Assembly: GCA_963845565.1 (NCBI GenBank)
Contig: CAWJSJ010000002.1
Span: forward strand, 448,001 to 512,000
DNA from: an uncultured Methylomirabilota bacterium
GTDB lineage: Bacteria; Methylomirabilota; Methylomirabilia; Methylomirabilales; 2-02-FULL-66-22
Direction: 5' to 3'
Length of the DNA: 64,000 nt
This document shows, one piece after another, positions 12,782 through 22,772 of the stretch. A program made the position numbers and the translations under genes. Numbering within the stretch: position 1 is the stretch's first letter; each line of letters starts with the position of its first letter. The notes beneath the pieces were generated by a model. It did not search any database. It worked only from the letters and a program-made list of their open reading frames with translations, and was not told where the DNA came from.

Positions 12782-13645
12782 ATGATCTCTCCGCTGAACG
12801 AGACCGGCGAACTCGACGGGGACGCCCTGAAGGTTTTGATAGAACATATTCTGGGCGGCGGGTGTAGCGGCCTGTTCATCCTGGGAGGCTGCGGGGAGGG
12901 CGCGTGGCTGACGAGCGGGCAGCGGGCCTCCGTGGTCCGCGGCACGGTGTGGGCCGCCGCCGGACGGGTGCCCGTGCTGGTCGGGGTCATGCTGCCGGCG
13001 ACCGGCCCCGCCATGGATGCGGCGCGACAGGCGGCCGACGAGGGCGCCGACGCGCTCGTCGTGGGCTCGCCGTATTACCTGGGCGTGGATGCCGCCGCGC
13101 AGCAACGCCACGCGGAGGGGATCCTGGGCGCCGTCTCGCTCCCCGTCTTGCTGTACAACATCCCGCAAGCGACGCACAACCCCCTGGCGCCCGCGACCGT
13201 CAGCCGCCTGGCTCAGGATCCTCGAATCCTGGGGATCAAGGACTCGGCAGGGGACTTCGAGGCGTTCCAGGGGTTTCTGGCCATCAAGAAGCGGCGGACC
13301 GCCTTCCGGGTGTTGCAGGGAAACGAGCACTTCGCGTCGGCCAGCCTGCTCCTGGGCGGCGATGGGTTGGTCCCCGGCATGGCGAATTTCGCGCCGGAGC
13401 TCTTCGTGGCCCTGCACCGTGCCGCGGCGAAAGGCGACGCCGCCGACTGCGCGCGGCTGCAGGAGGCGATCACCGATCTGTGCACGCTACACACCCACGG
13501 CCACTGGCTGCCGGCCCTCAAGGCCGCCTGCGCCATGCTGGGTCTGGGGAATGGCGTCCCGTCCCCGCCCCTGCTTCCGGCCACCGAAGAGCAGCGCCGA
13601 ACGATCCGGGCGATCCTGGTCCGCCACAATCTGCTCGCCTCGTAA
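12782..13645 (+). CDS. Dihydrodipicolinate synthase/N-acetylneuraminate lyase family protein
   Basis: GGCGE, LLYNIP, GIKDSAG Schiff-base Lys. In-frame LCGIVPP precedes the annotated Met, so the true start may lie slightly upstream (possible indel). Confidence 0.85.
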   Translation: MISPLNETGELDGDALKVLIEHILGGGCSGLFILGGCGEGAWLTSGQRASVVRGTVWAAAGRVPVLVGVMLPATGPAMDAARQAADEGADALVVGSPYYLGVDAAAQQRHAEGILGAVSLPVLLYNIPQATHNPLAPATVSRLAQDPRILGIKDSAGDFEAFQGFLAIKKRRTAFRVLQGNEHFASASLLLGGDGLVPGMANFAPELFVALHRAAAKGDAADCARLQEAITDLCTLHTHGHWLPALKAACAMLGLGNGVPSPPLLPATEEQRRTIRAILVRHNLLAS

Positions 13646-13771
13646 CCGGAGACGTCGACCCCCGCTGACCTTGCGCACCCACGTGCCCCCTCCGCGTTTG
13701 TGGGGCGCTTCCTGGGACGGAGAGGTCCCGGGGCGGCACGGGCAACCACGCCGCGCTCGCCGCCGACCGGG

Positions 13772-13828
13772 TTAGGAGCCGTTACGAAATAACCTATACA
13801 TCTCTTTCTATTTCGTTACGGCTCCTTA
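13772..13828. repeat. 57-bp miniature inverted-repeat element
   Basis: TTAGGAGCCGTTACGAAATA / TATTTCGTTACGGCTCCTTA arms (18 of 20 complementary) around an AT-rich core. Confidence 0.65.
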
Positions 13829-13873
13829 TGCCGTTTCGGAATGTCTCCGCTCAACTTATTCTTTGACAACGGC

Positions 13874-14866
13874 TTATTGCTTGCCCTCGGCCGGGGTGTC
13901 GGCGTTCCGGTGCGCCCGGATTGCCTCCCGCTCTTGCGCGGCGAGAAGGCAACCCTCCAGACAGGCCGGACGACAACTGCCATCGCAAGGCTCCACGTGG
14001 ATGGTGACCGTCGCCTCGGACAGATGCGCCTTCAGGTCACGGGTGATGGCATCCGCGAGTTGGTGTGCCCGCTCGACCGTCAGGTCCTTGTCCACCACCA
14101 CGTGAAATTCGATGAAGCGGGCAGCGCCCGCCTTTCGTGTGCGCAAGTGGTGGAAGCCGCGCACGGTCGGGGTGAGGGCGCTCACGCGCTCCCGGATCCA
14201 GGCGATTTCCCCTGGCGGCAGGCTGGCATCCAGCAGGTCCCGCCCGGATTCCCGGGTGAGTTTCCAGGCGGCGCGCACGATGAGCAGCGCCACAGCGATG
14301 GCGGCCACCGGATCCAGCCAGAGCAGATCGGTCCCTGGAAGGACCCGTTCCCCCACCAGGATCAGCGCCAACCCGACCATCACGCCCGCCGACGTGTAGA
14401 CGTCGGTGCGCAGATGCCAGGCATCGGCCTGGAGCGCGACGGAATCCGTCTCCCGGCCGACCTTGAAGAGCAGCTCCGAGACGCCGATGTTGACCACGGA
14501 CGACACGAACATGACGGCCACGCCCCACCCGACGGCCCCGATCGGCTCGGGGGCAAGCAGCTTGTGAACGGCCTCGTAGACGATCCAGCCTGCCGCCAGG
14601 AAGATGAGGAGCGCCTCGACCGTTCCCGAGATGTTCTCGACCTTCCCGTGACCGAACGGATGCTCCTCGTCCGCACGCTTGTTGGAGGTCTTGACCGCAA
14701 ACAGGGCGATGACGGCCGCCAGCAGGTCCACGCCGGAGTGGATGGCCTCGGAGATCACGGACACCGAGCCGATGGCGAGCCCGATGATCAGCTTCCCTGT
14801 CACCAGCGCGGTGTTGGAGATGACCGACAACCAGGCCACCGCCGACTTCTGCCGCTGTGCGTCCAT
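13874..14866 (-). CDS. Cation diffusion facilitator (CzcD/FieF-like) metal exporter
   Basis: SEAIHSGVD, HPFGHGKVE, ADAWHLRTD, dimerization domain IHVEPC with a Cys-rich tail (CDGSCRPACLEGC). Confidence 0.92.
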   Translation of the reverse strand: MDAQRQKSAVAWLSVISNTALVTGKLIIGLAIGSVSVISEAIHSGVDLLAAVIALFAVKTSNKRADEEHPFGHGKVENISGTVEALLIFLAAGWIVYEAVHKLLAPEPIGAVGWGVAVMFVSSVVNIGVSELLFKVGRETDSVALQADAWHLRTDVYTSAGVMVGLALILVGERVLPGTDLLWLDPVAAIAVALLIVRAAWKLTRESGRDLLDASLPPGEIAWIRERVSALTPTVRGFHHLRTRKAGAARFIEFHVVVDKDLTVERAHQLADAITRDLKAHLSEATVTIHVEPCDGSCRPACLEGCLLAAQEREAIRAHRNADTPAEGKQ

Positions 14867-14923
14867 CCGATCCCCCTGTTTGCCGAAACACCGCGGAACG
14901 CCGGTGCGCCCCTCGGGATGGAC

Positions 14924-14950
14924 CAAAAAAAGAACCCGCGGAACGGTTCG
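14924..14950 (-). terminator. Riboswitch-associated intrinsic terminator in the CDF leader
   Basis: Minus strand GAACC-GTTCCGCG-GGTTC-TTTTTTT, overlapping the 3' end of the aptamer. Confidence 0.6.
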
Positions 14951-15035
14951 TCCCACGGGATCCCAACGCCCGCTGCCTCGCCACAGAGGCCCGGCCGCAC
15001 CCCGGAATCACCGGGGTCGCCTGCTCTCAACAACA
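14945..15035 (-). ncRNA. NiCo (czcD) metal-sensing riboswitch
   Basis: Minus strand GAGCAGGC-[CCCCGG..CCGGGG]-TGCGGCCGGG-[CCTC..GAGG]-CAGC-[GGG..CCC]-GTGGGAC. Matches the conserved segments of the NiCo four-way junction and lies directly upstream of a CDF gene. Confidence 0.8.
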
Positions 15036-15180
15036 ACGAGCCTATCGGATCATCGACGCAGTGTCAACCTCACCCTCTGGCACCCTGCCTGCCGCCCGTC
15101 GCCGCCACGACCGTTACCGGGCGCTCACCGGGGGACCCCGCTGATCATGGGCTGCCGCCTCGGCCCGTCTCGACTGGGTC

Positions 15181-15357
15181 TCAGCACACCCCGTATTGCG
15201 CGCCCAGGTCTTCCAGCAGTTCGGCCTGCATCTCGGTGATCGGCAGCCCGGTGGCGATCTTGGATTGCAGGTTCACCAGCATATCGGCCTTCTTCTTGGG
15301 AAGCTCCCCGGCCTCGGCCTTTTTGAGGAGCGCCGTCAGGATTTCAAAGCTGTCCAT
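15181..15357 (-). CDS. Small hypothetical protein (58 aa)
   Basis: MDSFEILTALLKKAEAGELPKKKADMLVNLQSKIATGLPITEMQAELLEDLGAQYGVC*; GAGGAGG RBS; GC-rich third codon positions; below the ORF-track cutoff. Confidence 0.7.
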   Translation of the reverse strand: MDSFEILTALLKKAEAGELPKKKADMLVNLQSKIATGLPITEMQAELLEDLGAQYGVC

Positions 15358-15387
15358 CGTGGAGCACCCTCCTCGGTCGGCCGTCGG

Positions 15388-16152
15388 CTACAGGGCCGTG
15401 AACCCGCCGTCCACCACGAACACGCCGCCGGTGCAGTAGCTCGCTTCCTCCGAGGCGAGGAACGCCACCATCGGTGCCACTTCGTCAAAGCGGCCGATGC
15501 GTCCTAGCGGAATCTTTGGGGTGAGGCGTTGCTGGCGCGCCGCCAGGTCGACGGCTTCGCTGTCCGGTGGCGTCTCCATGGCCCCCGGCGCCACCACGTT
15601 GACACGGATGCCGCGCGGAGCGTACTGCACCGCCAGGGAGCGCGCGAAGGCGTGAAGGCCCCCCTTGCTGGAGGTGTAGGCCGGGTTCTGAAACGCAGAG
15701 CCGACGAGGGCCACAATGGATCCGGTGATCACCACGGCTCCGCCGCCACCCTGCGCCAGCATCTGGCGGATTCCGGCCCGGCACACCAGGAAGGCACCGC
15801 GCAGATTGATCGCGTGCGTCTCCTCCCAGGCGGATAATTCCTGTTCGTGGATCGGCTTATCGAGGGCGTGGAGTTGCGTCCCGGCGTTCGACACCACGAT
15901 GTCCAGGCGGCCGAACGCCTTGACCGTCTCCGCCACAGCCCGGTCCGCATCCGCCTCCTTCGACACGTCCCCGCAGACCGCGATGGCACGGCCCTTGGCG
16001 TCGCGGATCTCTCGGACGGTCCGCTCCACGCTCGCTGCCGTGCGTCCCATCACGCCGACTGCGGCGCCTTCTCGCGCCATCAACCGGGCCGATGCCGCTC
16101 CAATGCCGCTCCCCGCCCCGGTGATCAGTGCCACTTTGTCCGCAAAACGCAT
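15388..16152 (-). CDS. SDR family oxidoreductase
   Basis: [28 protein letters not shown]. Confidence 0.92.
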   Translation of the reverse strand: MRFADKVALITGAGSGIGAASARLMAREGAAVGVMGRTAASVERTVREIRDAKGRAIAVCGDVSKEADADRAVAETVKAFGRLDIVVSNAGTQLHALDKPIHEQELSAWEETHAINLRGAFLVCRAGIRQMLAQGGGGAVVITGSIVALVGSAFQNPAYTSSKGGLHAFARSLAVQYAPRGIRVNVVAPGAMETPPDSEAVDLAARQQRLTPKIPLGRIGRFDEVAPMVAFLASEEASYCTGGVFVVDGGFTAL

Positions 16153-16208
16153 GAGATCCCTCCGTTGTGGGCCTGCGCCGGGAATCGGCCGGCCGTTGGG
16201 CGTTGGTG

Positions 16209-16783
16209 TCAGGCGCACACCTTGACGATCGTCCGGGTCAGCGCGGCGCCAAGCCCCTGGATCGCGGCGTGTTGTTTCGCATCCTTGAGTGAGCCGTCGG
16301 CCGCGAACGCCTCGCCCGCGTGGGGCACCGCGATCTGCTCGGGAATCGTAAGCACCCGAATGTTTTGCAGGATGGCGCGAACGTGCACCAGCCCACGCAG
16401 GCCGCCCAGGGCGCCCGGGGAAGCGCTCATCAGTGCCGCCACCTTGCCGTCGAAGCAGTTGAGCGGAGTCTCGCCCGTCACCGGCCGCGAGACCCAGTCG
16501 ATCGTGTTCTTGAGAAGCGGGGTGATCGAGCTGTTATACTCCGGCGCCGAGATCAGCAACCCCTGGTTCGCCAGGAACAGATCCTTCAGCTTGCGGGCAT
16601 TGGCCGGGATGCCGTCCCGCTCCTCCGGTCGCCGTCATAGAGCGGCAGCGGGTAGTCTCGGAGGTCGATCAGCGTCACGTCGGCGCCGGCAGCCCGTGCG
16701 CCGGCGGCGGCGATGGCAATGAGCCGCTTGTTGAAGGAGCCGGAGCGCGCGCTGCCGGCGAAGGCAAGGATGCGTGGTGCCAT
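16209..16783 (-). CDS. NADPH-dependent FMN reductase, frameshift near 16630
   Basis: [14 protein letters not shown], then [19 protein letters not shown] and [10 protein letters not shown] in a second frame. Confidence 0.88.
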
Positions 16784-17138
16784 GGTCGACGTCCTCTCCT
16801 CGTTTTCCTTTTTTCCGCTAACGGGCAACCGGCGCTTGTCCCCTGCCCCTCAGCAGCACCCACGTGACACGGCCTAGGCCCGCATGGCTCTGAGGCGTTT
16901 CCAAGACACAGCGGGCGGGCGACGACACCGGCGACTCATTCCCGGACGGGCTGTCCCGCGATCCCAGGACGTCATCATACCGCCGCAACCTCCATTTGGG
17001 TAGTGCAGCCAGACGTGGCCTGTTGCCTATGGTAAGCGCCGGACTCGCCTGGCAACGTACCGAATTACGCCACATTATACATTTCCCTCAGGAATGTGCA
17101 GGTTTCTGCCGATGGATCAATTATGGAACGTCACCTAA

Positions 17139-17356
17139 CTAGTGTCCTGTCCCAAAGATTCGCCGCATAAGTGAGGGCCTCAGTTCCATCCCGAAGACGC
17201 TGCACCCGCGGCGCGGCCGGGTCCGGCACGGAGGTCACCGTTCTGTGGTGGCCGACCCGGACCAAGGCCGCGCGGTTCTCGACGAGGTGCCAGGCGTCAG
17301 AGGGATGGAACTGAGGCCCGGCAAATTGTCAACGAACTTCGGGGACAGGGCACTAG
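17139..17356. mobile_element. MITE-like element with terminal and nested inverted repeats
   Basis: Ends CTAGTGTCCTGTCCC / GGGACAGGGCACTAG; internal perfect 18-bp IR GGGCCTCAGTTCCATCCC (17175-17192) / GGGATGGAACTGAGGCCC (17302-17319); no transposase. Confidence 0.7.
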
Positions 17357-17400
17357 GTCGTGGTCCTTGTGCGACTCAATACCGGGCAAGGAGGGACGGA

Positions 17401-17799
17401 ATGTCATCGTCTGCAAAATCTTCGGGCGTCGGTGTGCCGGCGATGCCGACTGGGTGCCCCCTCGATCTTTCCAGAGCCTTACGCTGGGTTGACGGGGATC
17501 GGGAATTGCTGGTCGAATTGGTCGACGTGCTGATCGAGGACTACCCTCGTCGGATGGATGCGCTCCGGTCTGCGATTCAGGCCGGCGACAGCGCAATAGC
17601 TCGAGATACCGCCCACAGCTTGAAGGGGGCTGTCGCCGCCCTGGCTGCGGATGCGGCCAGGGAGTGCGCCCAGCACCTGGAAGACCTGTGCGGCGCCGGT
17701 CGCCTCGCTGACATAGAAATCCCTTTGGCGCAGCTTGAACGGGAAACCGACCGGCTGATGGGGTTCTTGAGGACCAAGGACTGGCAAGCCCAGCTCTAA
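17401..17799 (+). CDS. Hpt (histidine phosphotransfer) domain protein
   Basis: GDRELLVELV...AHSLKGAVA motif; GGAGG RBS before the ATG at 17401. Confidence 0.85.
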   Translation: MSSSAKSSGVGVPAMPTGCPLDLSRALRWVDGDRELLVELVDVLIEDYPRRMDALRSAIQAGDSAIARDTAHSLKGAVAALAADAARECAQHLEDLCGAGRLADIEIPLAQLERETDRLMGFLRTKDWQAQL

Positions 17800-17883
17800 C
17801 GGACCCCATGGGATTGGAGTCAGGGTGGCTCTTGTGCCGCGTGCAGATACCTCCGGCCGCCAGAGTCTCAAAAGGGAGTCGTG

Positions 17884-18276
17884 ATGGCAAAACAAGCGCT
17901 CCGGATCGTTCTCGCCGAAGACGATCGATTCCTACGAAAGGCAACCGAAACAACGCTCCGTCGCCGCGGGTTCACCGTGTATTCGGCAGCAGATGGAGAG
18001 GAGGCGCTTCGAATGAGCCGGGACGAAAAACCGGACGCCATTCTCCTCGACATGATCATGCCCAAACTGCAAGGCTTTGAGGTACTGCGGACGCTCAAGG
18101 CCGACCCGGACACCGCGCGCATTCCGATCATCGTACTGAGCAATCTAGGGCAGGATGAGGACAAGCAGGGCGCCTTGGAGTGCGGAGCCGCCGCCTATTT
18201 CATCAAGGCCGATCTGTCCCTGCAGAACCTGGTCGCCCAAGTCGAGCGCGTGCTCGAGGAGAGACCCGCGCAATGA
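17884..18276 (+). CDS. Single-domain response regulator (receiver)
   Basis: LAEDD, PDAILLDMIMP (phosphoacceptor Asp), GFEVL, IIVLSN, YFIKA. Confidence 0.9.
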   Translation: MAKQALRIVLAEDDRFLRKATETTLRRRGFTVYSAADGEEALRMSRDEKPDAILLDMIMPKLQGFEVLRTLKADPDTARIPIIVLSNLGQDEDKQGALECGAAAYFIKADLSLQNLVAQVERVLEERPAQ

Positions 18277-20012
18277 CCGGGCTGCGCGTGACCCCCGAAG
18301 AATTGAAGTCGCTACTGGTGGACCAACTCGGGGTCATCGAGCCTTCGGAGTTCGAGAAGGCCCAGAAGATGGCGGCACGCCTGCGGGTCCCCCTCGAGCG
18401 CAGCCTAGTCGAGCAGGGTCATATCCCGCAAGCCTTCCTCCTGGAGCATCTGGCCCAGCACTGGGGCGTGGGCTACGTCGAGCTCCGGGTCGGGGACGTC
18501 AAGCCGGAGGCACTCCGGACGGTCGGCGAAGATTACGCCAGGGCGAACATGTTGATCCCATTCAGCCGCGTGGACGGCACGGTCCATGTAGCAATGTGGG
18601 ATCCGGGAAACCGAAAGGTCCTCGGCGAGCTCGGACAGATGACCGGGCTACGCGTCGTTCCATGTCTGGCCCCGGAGGGGGCGATTCGCCGCGCGCACCT
18701 TCTGTACAAAGGCGACCTGCGCGAGATGCTGGAGCGTTCGGCGGCGGAGCAGACGTTGGCGATCACGCGAGGCGGCCGCTCCGCGGATGACACGTCGGTG
18801 GTGGAACTGCTGAACCGCATCCTCGTGTACGCCGCCGTGGCGAGGGCGTCGGACATTCACATTGAGCCCTACGAGTTGGAAAGCGTGGTGCGCTACCGGA
18901 TCGACGGGGTGATGCACGAGGTGCTGAGCCTGCCGCCCGCGCTCCATCCCCCGCTGGTATCACGGATCAAGATTCAAGCCGGCATGCGGATCGACGAGCG
19001 GCGCGCCCCGCAGGATGGGCGGTTTGAATCCGACCTGGGAGGGCTGAAAGCCGATATGCGGGCGTCCACGATTCCGACCCTCTGGGGTGAGAAGGTCGTA
19101 CTCCGCGTGCTCTCCAAGGAGACCGTGGTGATTGACCTGGAGAGCCTGGGTTTGGTGGCCGCTGACCACGAGATCGTTCTCCGGAACATCCTCAGGCCTC
19201 ACGGGATGATCCTTTTGACCGGGCCGACCGGCAGCGGCAAGACGAGCAGCCTCTACGCCATGCTCTCACGGATCGGGAACGAGCGGCAGAACATCGTGAA
19301 TATCTCCACGATCGAAGAGCCGGTCGAGTACGTGATTCCCCGCGTGAACCAGGTCCAGGTGAACCATCAGGCAGGCGTGCTTTTCTCCACGGGCCTCCGC
19401 GCGCTGCTCCGGCAGGACCCCGATGTCATCATGGTCGGAGAAATCCGCGATCTCGAGACCGCCGAGATCGCGGTCCGAGCGGCGCTGGTCGGTCGACTCC
19501 TCCTGTCCACGCTGCACACCAACGATTCCACCGGAGCCGTACCGCGCCTGCTGGACATGGGCGTGGAGCCGTACCTGTTAGCCTCGACACTCTCCTTGGT
19601 CGTGGCCCAGCGACTGGTGCGGCGGATCTGCCGGAATTGCCGGGAGAGTGCCGCCCCCGATTCGCGCGTGGTGCATGCGATCACGTCCCGTCCGGACTTC
19701 GAGCGAACGGTCAGCGTGTTGCAGGCGCAGGGCGTCATGGGGAAGACGGGCGATGCCTTGTCCCGGGTTCGACTGTTTCGGGGGAAGGGCTGCGGGCAAT
19801 GCAGCGGAAGCGGATACGTCGGACGGATTGGCGTCTTCGAGTTGTTCGAAGTCGCCGAGGCGACCCGTGACCTGATTATGCAGCGGAGCGCCGCGTCGGC
19901 GATCCGAGCGGCGGCAATCGACAAGGGCATGAAAACCATGTTCCAGGATGGGGTCGCCAAGGCACTGCTGGGAGAAACCACCATGGAGGAGGTCTTCAGG
20001 GTAGCGCTCTAG
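18273..20012 (+). CDS. GspE/PulE/PilB family secretion ATPase
   Basis: ASDIHIEP, PQDGR, GPTGSGKT, TIEEPVE, LRQDPDVIMVGEIRD, TLHTN, CxxC...CxxC; ATGA overlap with the receiver gene. Confidence 0.92.
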   Translation: MTGLRVTPEELKSLLVDQLGVIEPSEFEKAQKMAARLRVPLERSLVEQGHIPQAFLLEHLAQHWGVGYVELRVGDVKPEALRTVGEDYARANMLIPFSRVDGTVHVAMWDPGNRKVLGELGQMTGLRVVPCLAPEGAIRRAHLLYKGDLREMLERSAAEQTLAITRGGRSADDTSVVELLNRILVYAAVARASDIHIEPYELESVVRYRIDGVMHEVLSLPPALHPPLVSRIKIQAGMRIDERRAPQDGRFESDLGGLKADMRASTIPTLWGEKVVLRVLSKETVVIDLESLGLVAADHEIVLRNILRPHGMILLTGPTGSGKTSSLYAMLSRIGNERQNIVNISTIEEPVEYVIPRVNQVQVNHQAGVLFSTGLRALLRQDPDVIMVGEIRDLETAEIAVRAALVGRLLLSTLHTNDSTGAVPRLLDMGVEPYLLASTLSLVVAQRLVRRICRNCRESAAPDSRVVHAITSRPDFERTVSVLQAQGVMGKTGDALSRVRLFRGKGCGQCSGSGYVGRIGVFELFEVAEATRDLIMQRSAASAIRAAAIDKGMKTMFQDGVAKALLGETTMEEVFRVAL

Positions 20013-20064
20013 CGGGCTGCTGACGAAGCCCTATCCGCAGTGTTGGATCGCCCGCGCCTTTCGG

Positions 20065-20874
20065 TCAGGTTCGGATCCGTTTGCCGTCGCACCGCGACAA
20101 GAATGTCATCACGGACTCGCTAAACGCTCCCGCTTGTTCGATGTTGGATAGATGGGAGGCCGACGTCAGGATCACAAGCTCCGATCCCTTGATTCGCTCG
20201 TGAATCGCGCGGGCGGCGGCGACCGGCGTCCCGGGGTCGTCTTCTCCCACCACGATCAGGGTGGGGACGGACACCGCGGCCAGGCGATCGGTCAGGTCGA
20301 GCGCCTTGATCGCATGACAGCAGCCGATATACCCCTGCGGCTCCGTCTCCCGGATCATGGCGCGCACCCGCTCGACGGTCTCGGGATTCTGGGCGATGAA
20401 CGGCGCCGTGAACCAGCGGTTGAGGGTCGGCTCGACATGGGGCTCCATGCCCTCGGCCGCAGCCACCCGAATCCGCTCGTCCCAAACCGGGCGAGCCTCG
20501 GCAGGAACGCGACTGGAGGTGTCACAGAGGACGAGGCTCCGGAGCATGCCCGGACTTTTCAGGGCCAGCATCTGGCCGATCATCCCGCCCATCGAAAGAC
20601 CGACGAAGTGGGTACGCTCGACCCCCAGCCTGTGGAGAAGCGCCACGGCGTCTTCCGCCAGTTGGTCGAGCGAATACGGGCCGGCCGGTGCATCGGTCCC
20701 GCCATGCCCGCGCGTGTCGTATCGCAGAACCCGGTAGCGCGCCGCCAGGGCGGCCGCCTGCGGCTCCCACATGCTCAGATTCGTCGCCAGCGAATGGCTG
20801 AGCGTAACAACCGGCGCGGAGGCGGGGCCGTTCAGCGTGTAGTGGATGCTGATCCCATTGGCGGTGATGCGCAT
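20065..20874 (-). CDS. pcaD: 3-oxoadipate enol-lactonase-like alpha/beta hydrolase
   Basis: LSHSLATNLSMW, RYDTRGHG, GLSMGG nucleophile elbow, RWFT, SHLSNIEQ. Confidence 0.8.
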   Translation of the reverse strand: MRITANGISIHYTLNGPASAPVVTLSHSLATNLSMWEPQAAALAARYRVLRYDTRGHGGTDAPAGPYSLDQLAEDAVALLHRLGVERTHFVGLSMGGMIGQMLALKSPGMLRSLVLCDTSSRVPAEARPVWDERIRVAAAEGMEPHVEPTLNRWFTAPFIAQNPETVERVRAMIRETEPQGYIGCCHAIKALDLTDRLAAVSVPTLIVVGEDDPGTPVAAARAIHERIKGSELVILTSASHLSNIEQAGAFSESVMTFLSRCDGKRIRT

Positions 20875-20956
20875 GTGCGTCTCCTCTGGGGTAAGAACAC
20901 CCGCGTCGCCGAATGTTGCTCTCCTGATCGGAGAACCGGATTCTGCCCGGAGCGCA

Positions 20957-21589
20957 TCACGCTGACGAGCGGCCCAGCCGGTCGAGTTGCGCCTGATGAT
21001 ACCGGCCGAGAGTGAGCTGGGCAGTGATGCTTCCCACCAGGGCGAGGAACATATCCCACTGCGTGTCCCACACGTCACCCTGCGTTCCGAGGAACGCCGT
21101 TCCGGTCTCGGGGGACGTGAGCAGCGCCGCCCACCATTCGACCAGCTCATAGAATGCGCTGATAGCGAGGCAGACGCAACACGTGAGGAAGAACAGCCAC
21201 TTGCCCCGACGCAACGGAGATGTCCGGAGCAGGACCTCCCGCGCCACGATCGCCGGCACGAACCCCTGCGCGAAGTGGCCGACGCGGTCGTAGTGGTTGC
21301 GGGACAGGGCCAGCGTGTCGCGGAGCCAGTTGAACAGGGGCACTTCCGCGTAGGTGTAGTGCCCGCCGATCAGCAAGATGACGGCGTGCAGCCAGATCAG
21401 AACATAGGCCAGCGGCGTAAGGGGAAAACGGCGATAGGTCACGACAAGCAGCGGGACGCCGACGATCACCGGCATCACCTCGAGCCACCAGGTGGCGACT
21501 TCCCGCGGATTGATGCGGGACCAGACGAATACGGCAGCCAGGCTACCGCCAAGCGCATACAGGTAGCCGGGAATGCGGGTGCGCGGCAC
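20957..21589 (-). CDS. DUF2238 (YjdF-like) inner membrane protein
   Basis: GGHYTYAEVP, RNHYDRVGHF, YELVEWW, FLGTQGDVWDTQWDM. Confidence 0.85.
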   Translation of the reverse strand: MPRTRIPGYLYALGGSLAAVFVWSRINPREVATWWLEVMPVIVGVPLLVVTYRRFPLTPLAYVLIWLHAVILLIGGHYTYAEVPLFNWLRDTLALSRNHYDRVGHFAQGFVPAIVAREVLLRTSPLRRGKWLFFLTCCVCLAISAFYELVEWWAALLTSPETGTAFLGTQGDVWDTQWDMFLALVGSITAQLTLGRYHQAQLDRLGRSSA

Positions 21590-22194
21590 TACTCTTCCAC
21601 CGTTTGCTCTTCAAGGGACAAATAGAGGCCACCCGCAACGGAAATCGCGAGCGCCAGGACCCCCAGAAAGAACACCAGATTCCCGAGGGTCTGGTCCCAG
21701 CGAAGCAAGTGCAGCCTGCCGAGGAGCCAATTCCAGTCGTGGGTCACGTCTTCCCCGCCCAATAGCGGCAATGCTTGGGCCCGGGCGTCCTTGACGTACA
21801 CCGAGACGTTGAACAGGCTCTGGCCTACCCAGAACAACGTCACCATCCCGGACCACCGTTGATTATAGAGGATGAAATAGCCCGTGACGATTGCTGGGAT
21901 CAAGACCTGCATCAGGCTGCCGCCCAGGACGCCGATGAACTCCCCGAAGAGCCCGAAGATCAGGTGGCCGGCCTCGTGAAAGACGAGATCAACCCTGTCC
22001 AGAAACCGGTAGGTCTTGGGATTGACGGCGCAGACGACCCCGTAAAGACCGACGGCCAAGATGAAGCCGGCCTTGAAGTAGTTGAGGCGCACGCGGGCAG
22101 CCGGTGGCGTCGGGTGGAGCCGCGGTCCGAACGCCGTGACGGGCCGCCGGGATTGCGGGGCCTGTGGCGTGGGCCGCCCCTGGGGATCACTCAT
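21589..22194 (-). CDS. Membrane protein with HExxH motif (putative zinc metalloprotease)
   Basis: FHEAGH, GGSLMQ, YVKDAR, HDWNWLL; several hydrophobic segments. Confidence 0.7.
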   Translation of the reverse strand: MSDPQGRPTPQAPQSRRPVTAFGPRLHPTPPAARVRLNYFKAGFILAVGLYGVVCAVNPKTYRFLDRVDLVFHEAGHLIFGLFGEFIGVLGGSLMQVLIPAIVTGYFILYNQRWSGMVTLFWVGQSLFNVSVYVKDARAQALPLLGGEDVTHDWNWLLGRLHLLRWDQTLGNLVFFLGVLALAISVAGGLYLSLEEQTVEE

Positions 22195-22582
22195 CGCCCC
22201 GCCAGGCTCCCCAGGCCATGAGAAGCCAGCCCGCGATGAAGGCCGCGCCACCGATCGGCGTGATGGCGCCGAACGTCCGCACCCCTGTCAGGCACAGGAC
22301 GTACAAGCTGCCGGAGAACAAGACCACGCCGACCACGAACAACCAGCCCGCCGCTCGAACAGCGCCAGAGGTCCAGCGACCCGCTGCCCACCCGACAGCC
22401 AAGAGGCCAAGTGCATGGACGAGTTGATACCGGACCCCCGTCTCGAAGACCGCCAGGATCTCAGGAGGCAGCCGCCCCTTTAACGCGTGCGCCCCGAAAG
22501 CCCCGGCGGCGACACCAAGGGCCCCGCATACCGCGCCGATGACGAAGAAAGTCCGCTCCGCGCCTCTTTCTTTCACGTTCAC
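22187..22582 (-). CDS. DUF423 (YgdD/TMEM256) membrane protein
   Basis: [31 protein letters not shown]. Confidence 0.88.
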   Translation of the reverse strand: MNVKERGAERTFFVIGAVCGALGVAAGAFGAHALKGRLPPEILAVFETGVRYQLVHALGLLAVGWAAGRWTSGAVRAAGWLFVVGVVLFSGSLYVLCLTGVRTFGAITPIGGAAFIAGWLLMAWGAWRGDE

Positions 22583-22690
22583 GACGTCCTCTCAACAAGG
22601 CGAACCCGTTTTCTTGACGCTTCGCGCATTCTACGGTCCTGCAAAGCGCAAAGACAAGCGTTTTCCCGAGACTTCGGCGAATACGGAACG

Positions 22691-22732
22691 CGAAACGGGG
22701 GCATGCCCCGTCGTGGCCATGCCCCCGTTTCG
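22691..22732. terminator. Hairpin downstream of fba
   Basis: 15-bp perfect stem CGAAACGGGGGCATG / CATGCCCCCGTTTCG. Confidence 0.6.
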
Positions 22733-22772
22733 TTCTCGCTGACCGTTGAAAGCTGATATCTGACCGCTGGCC

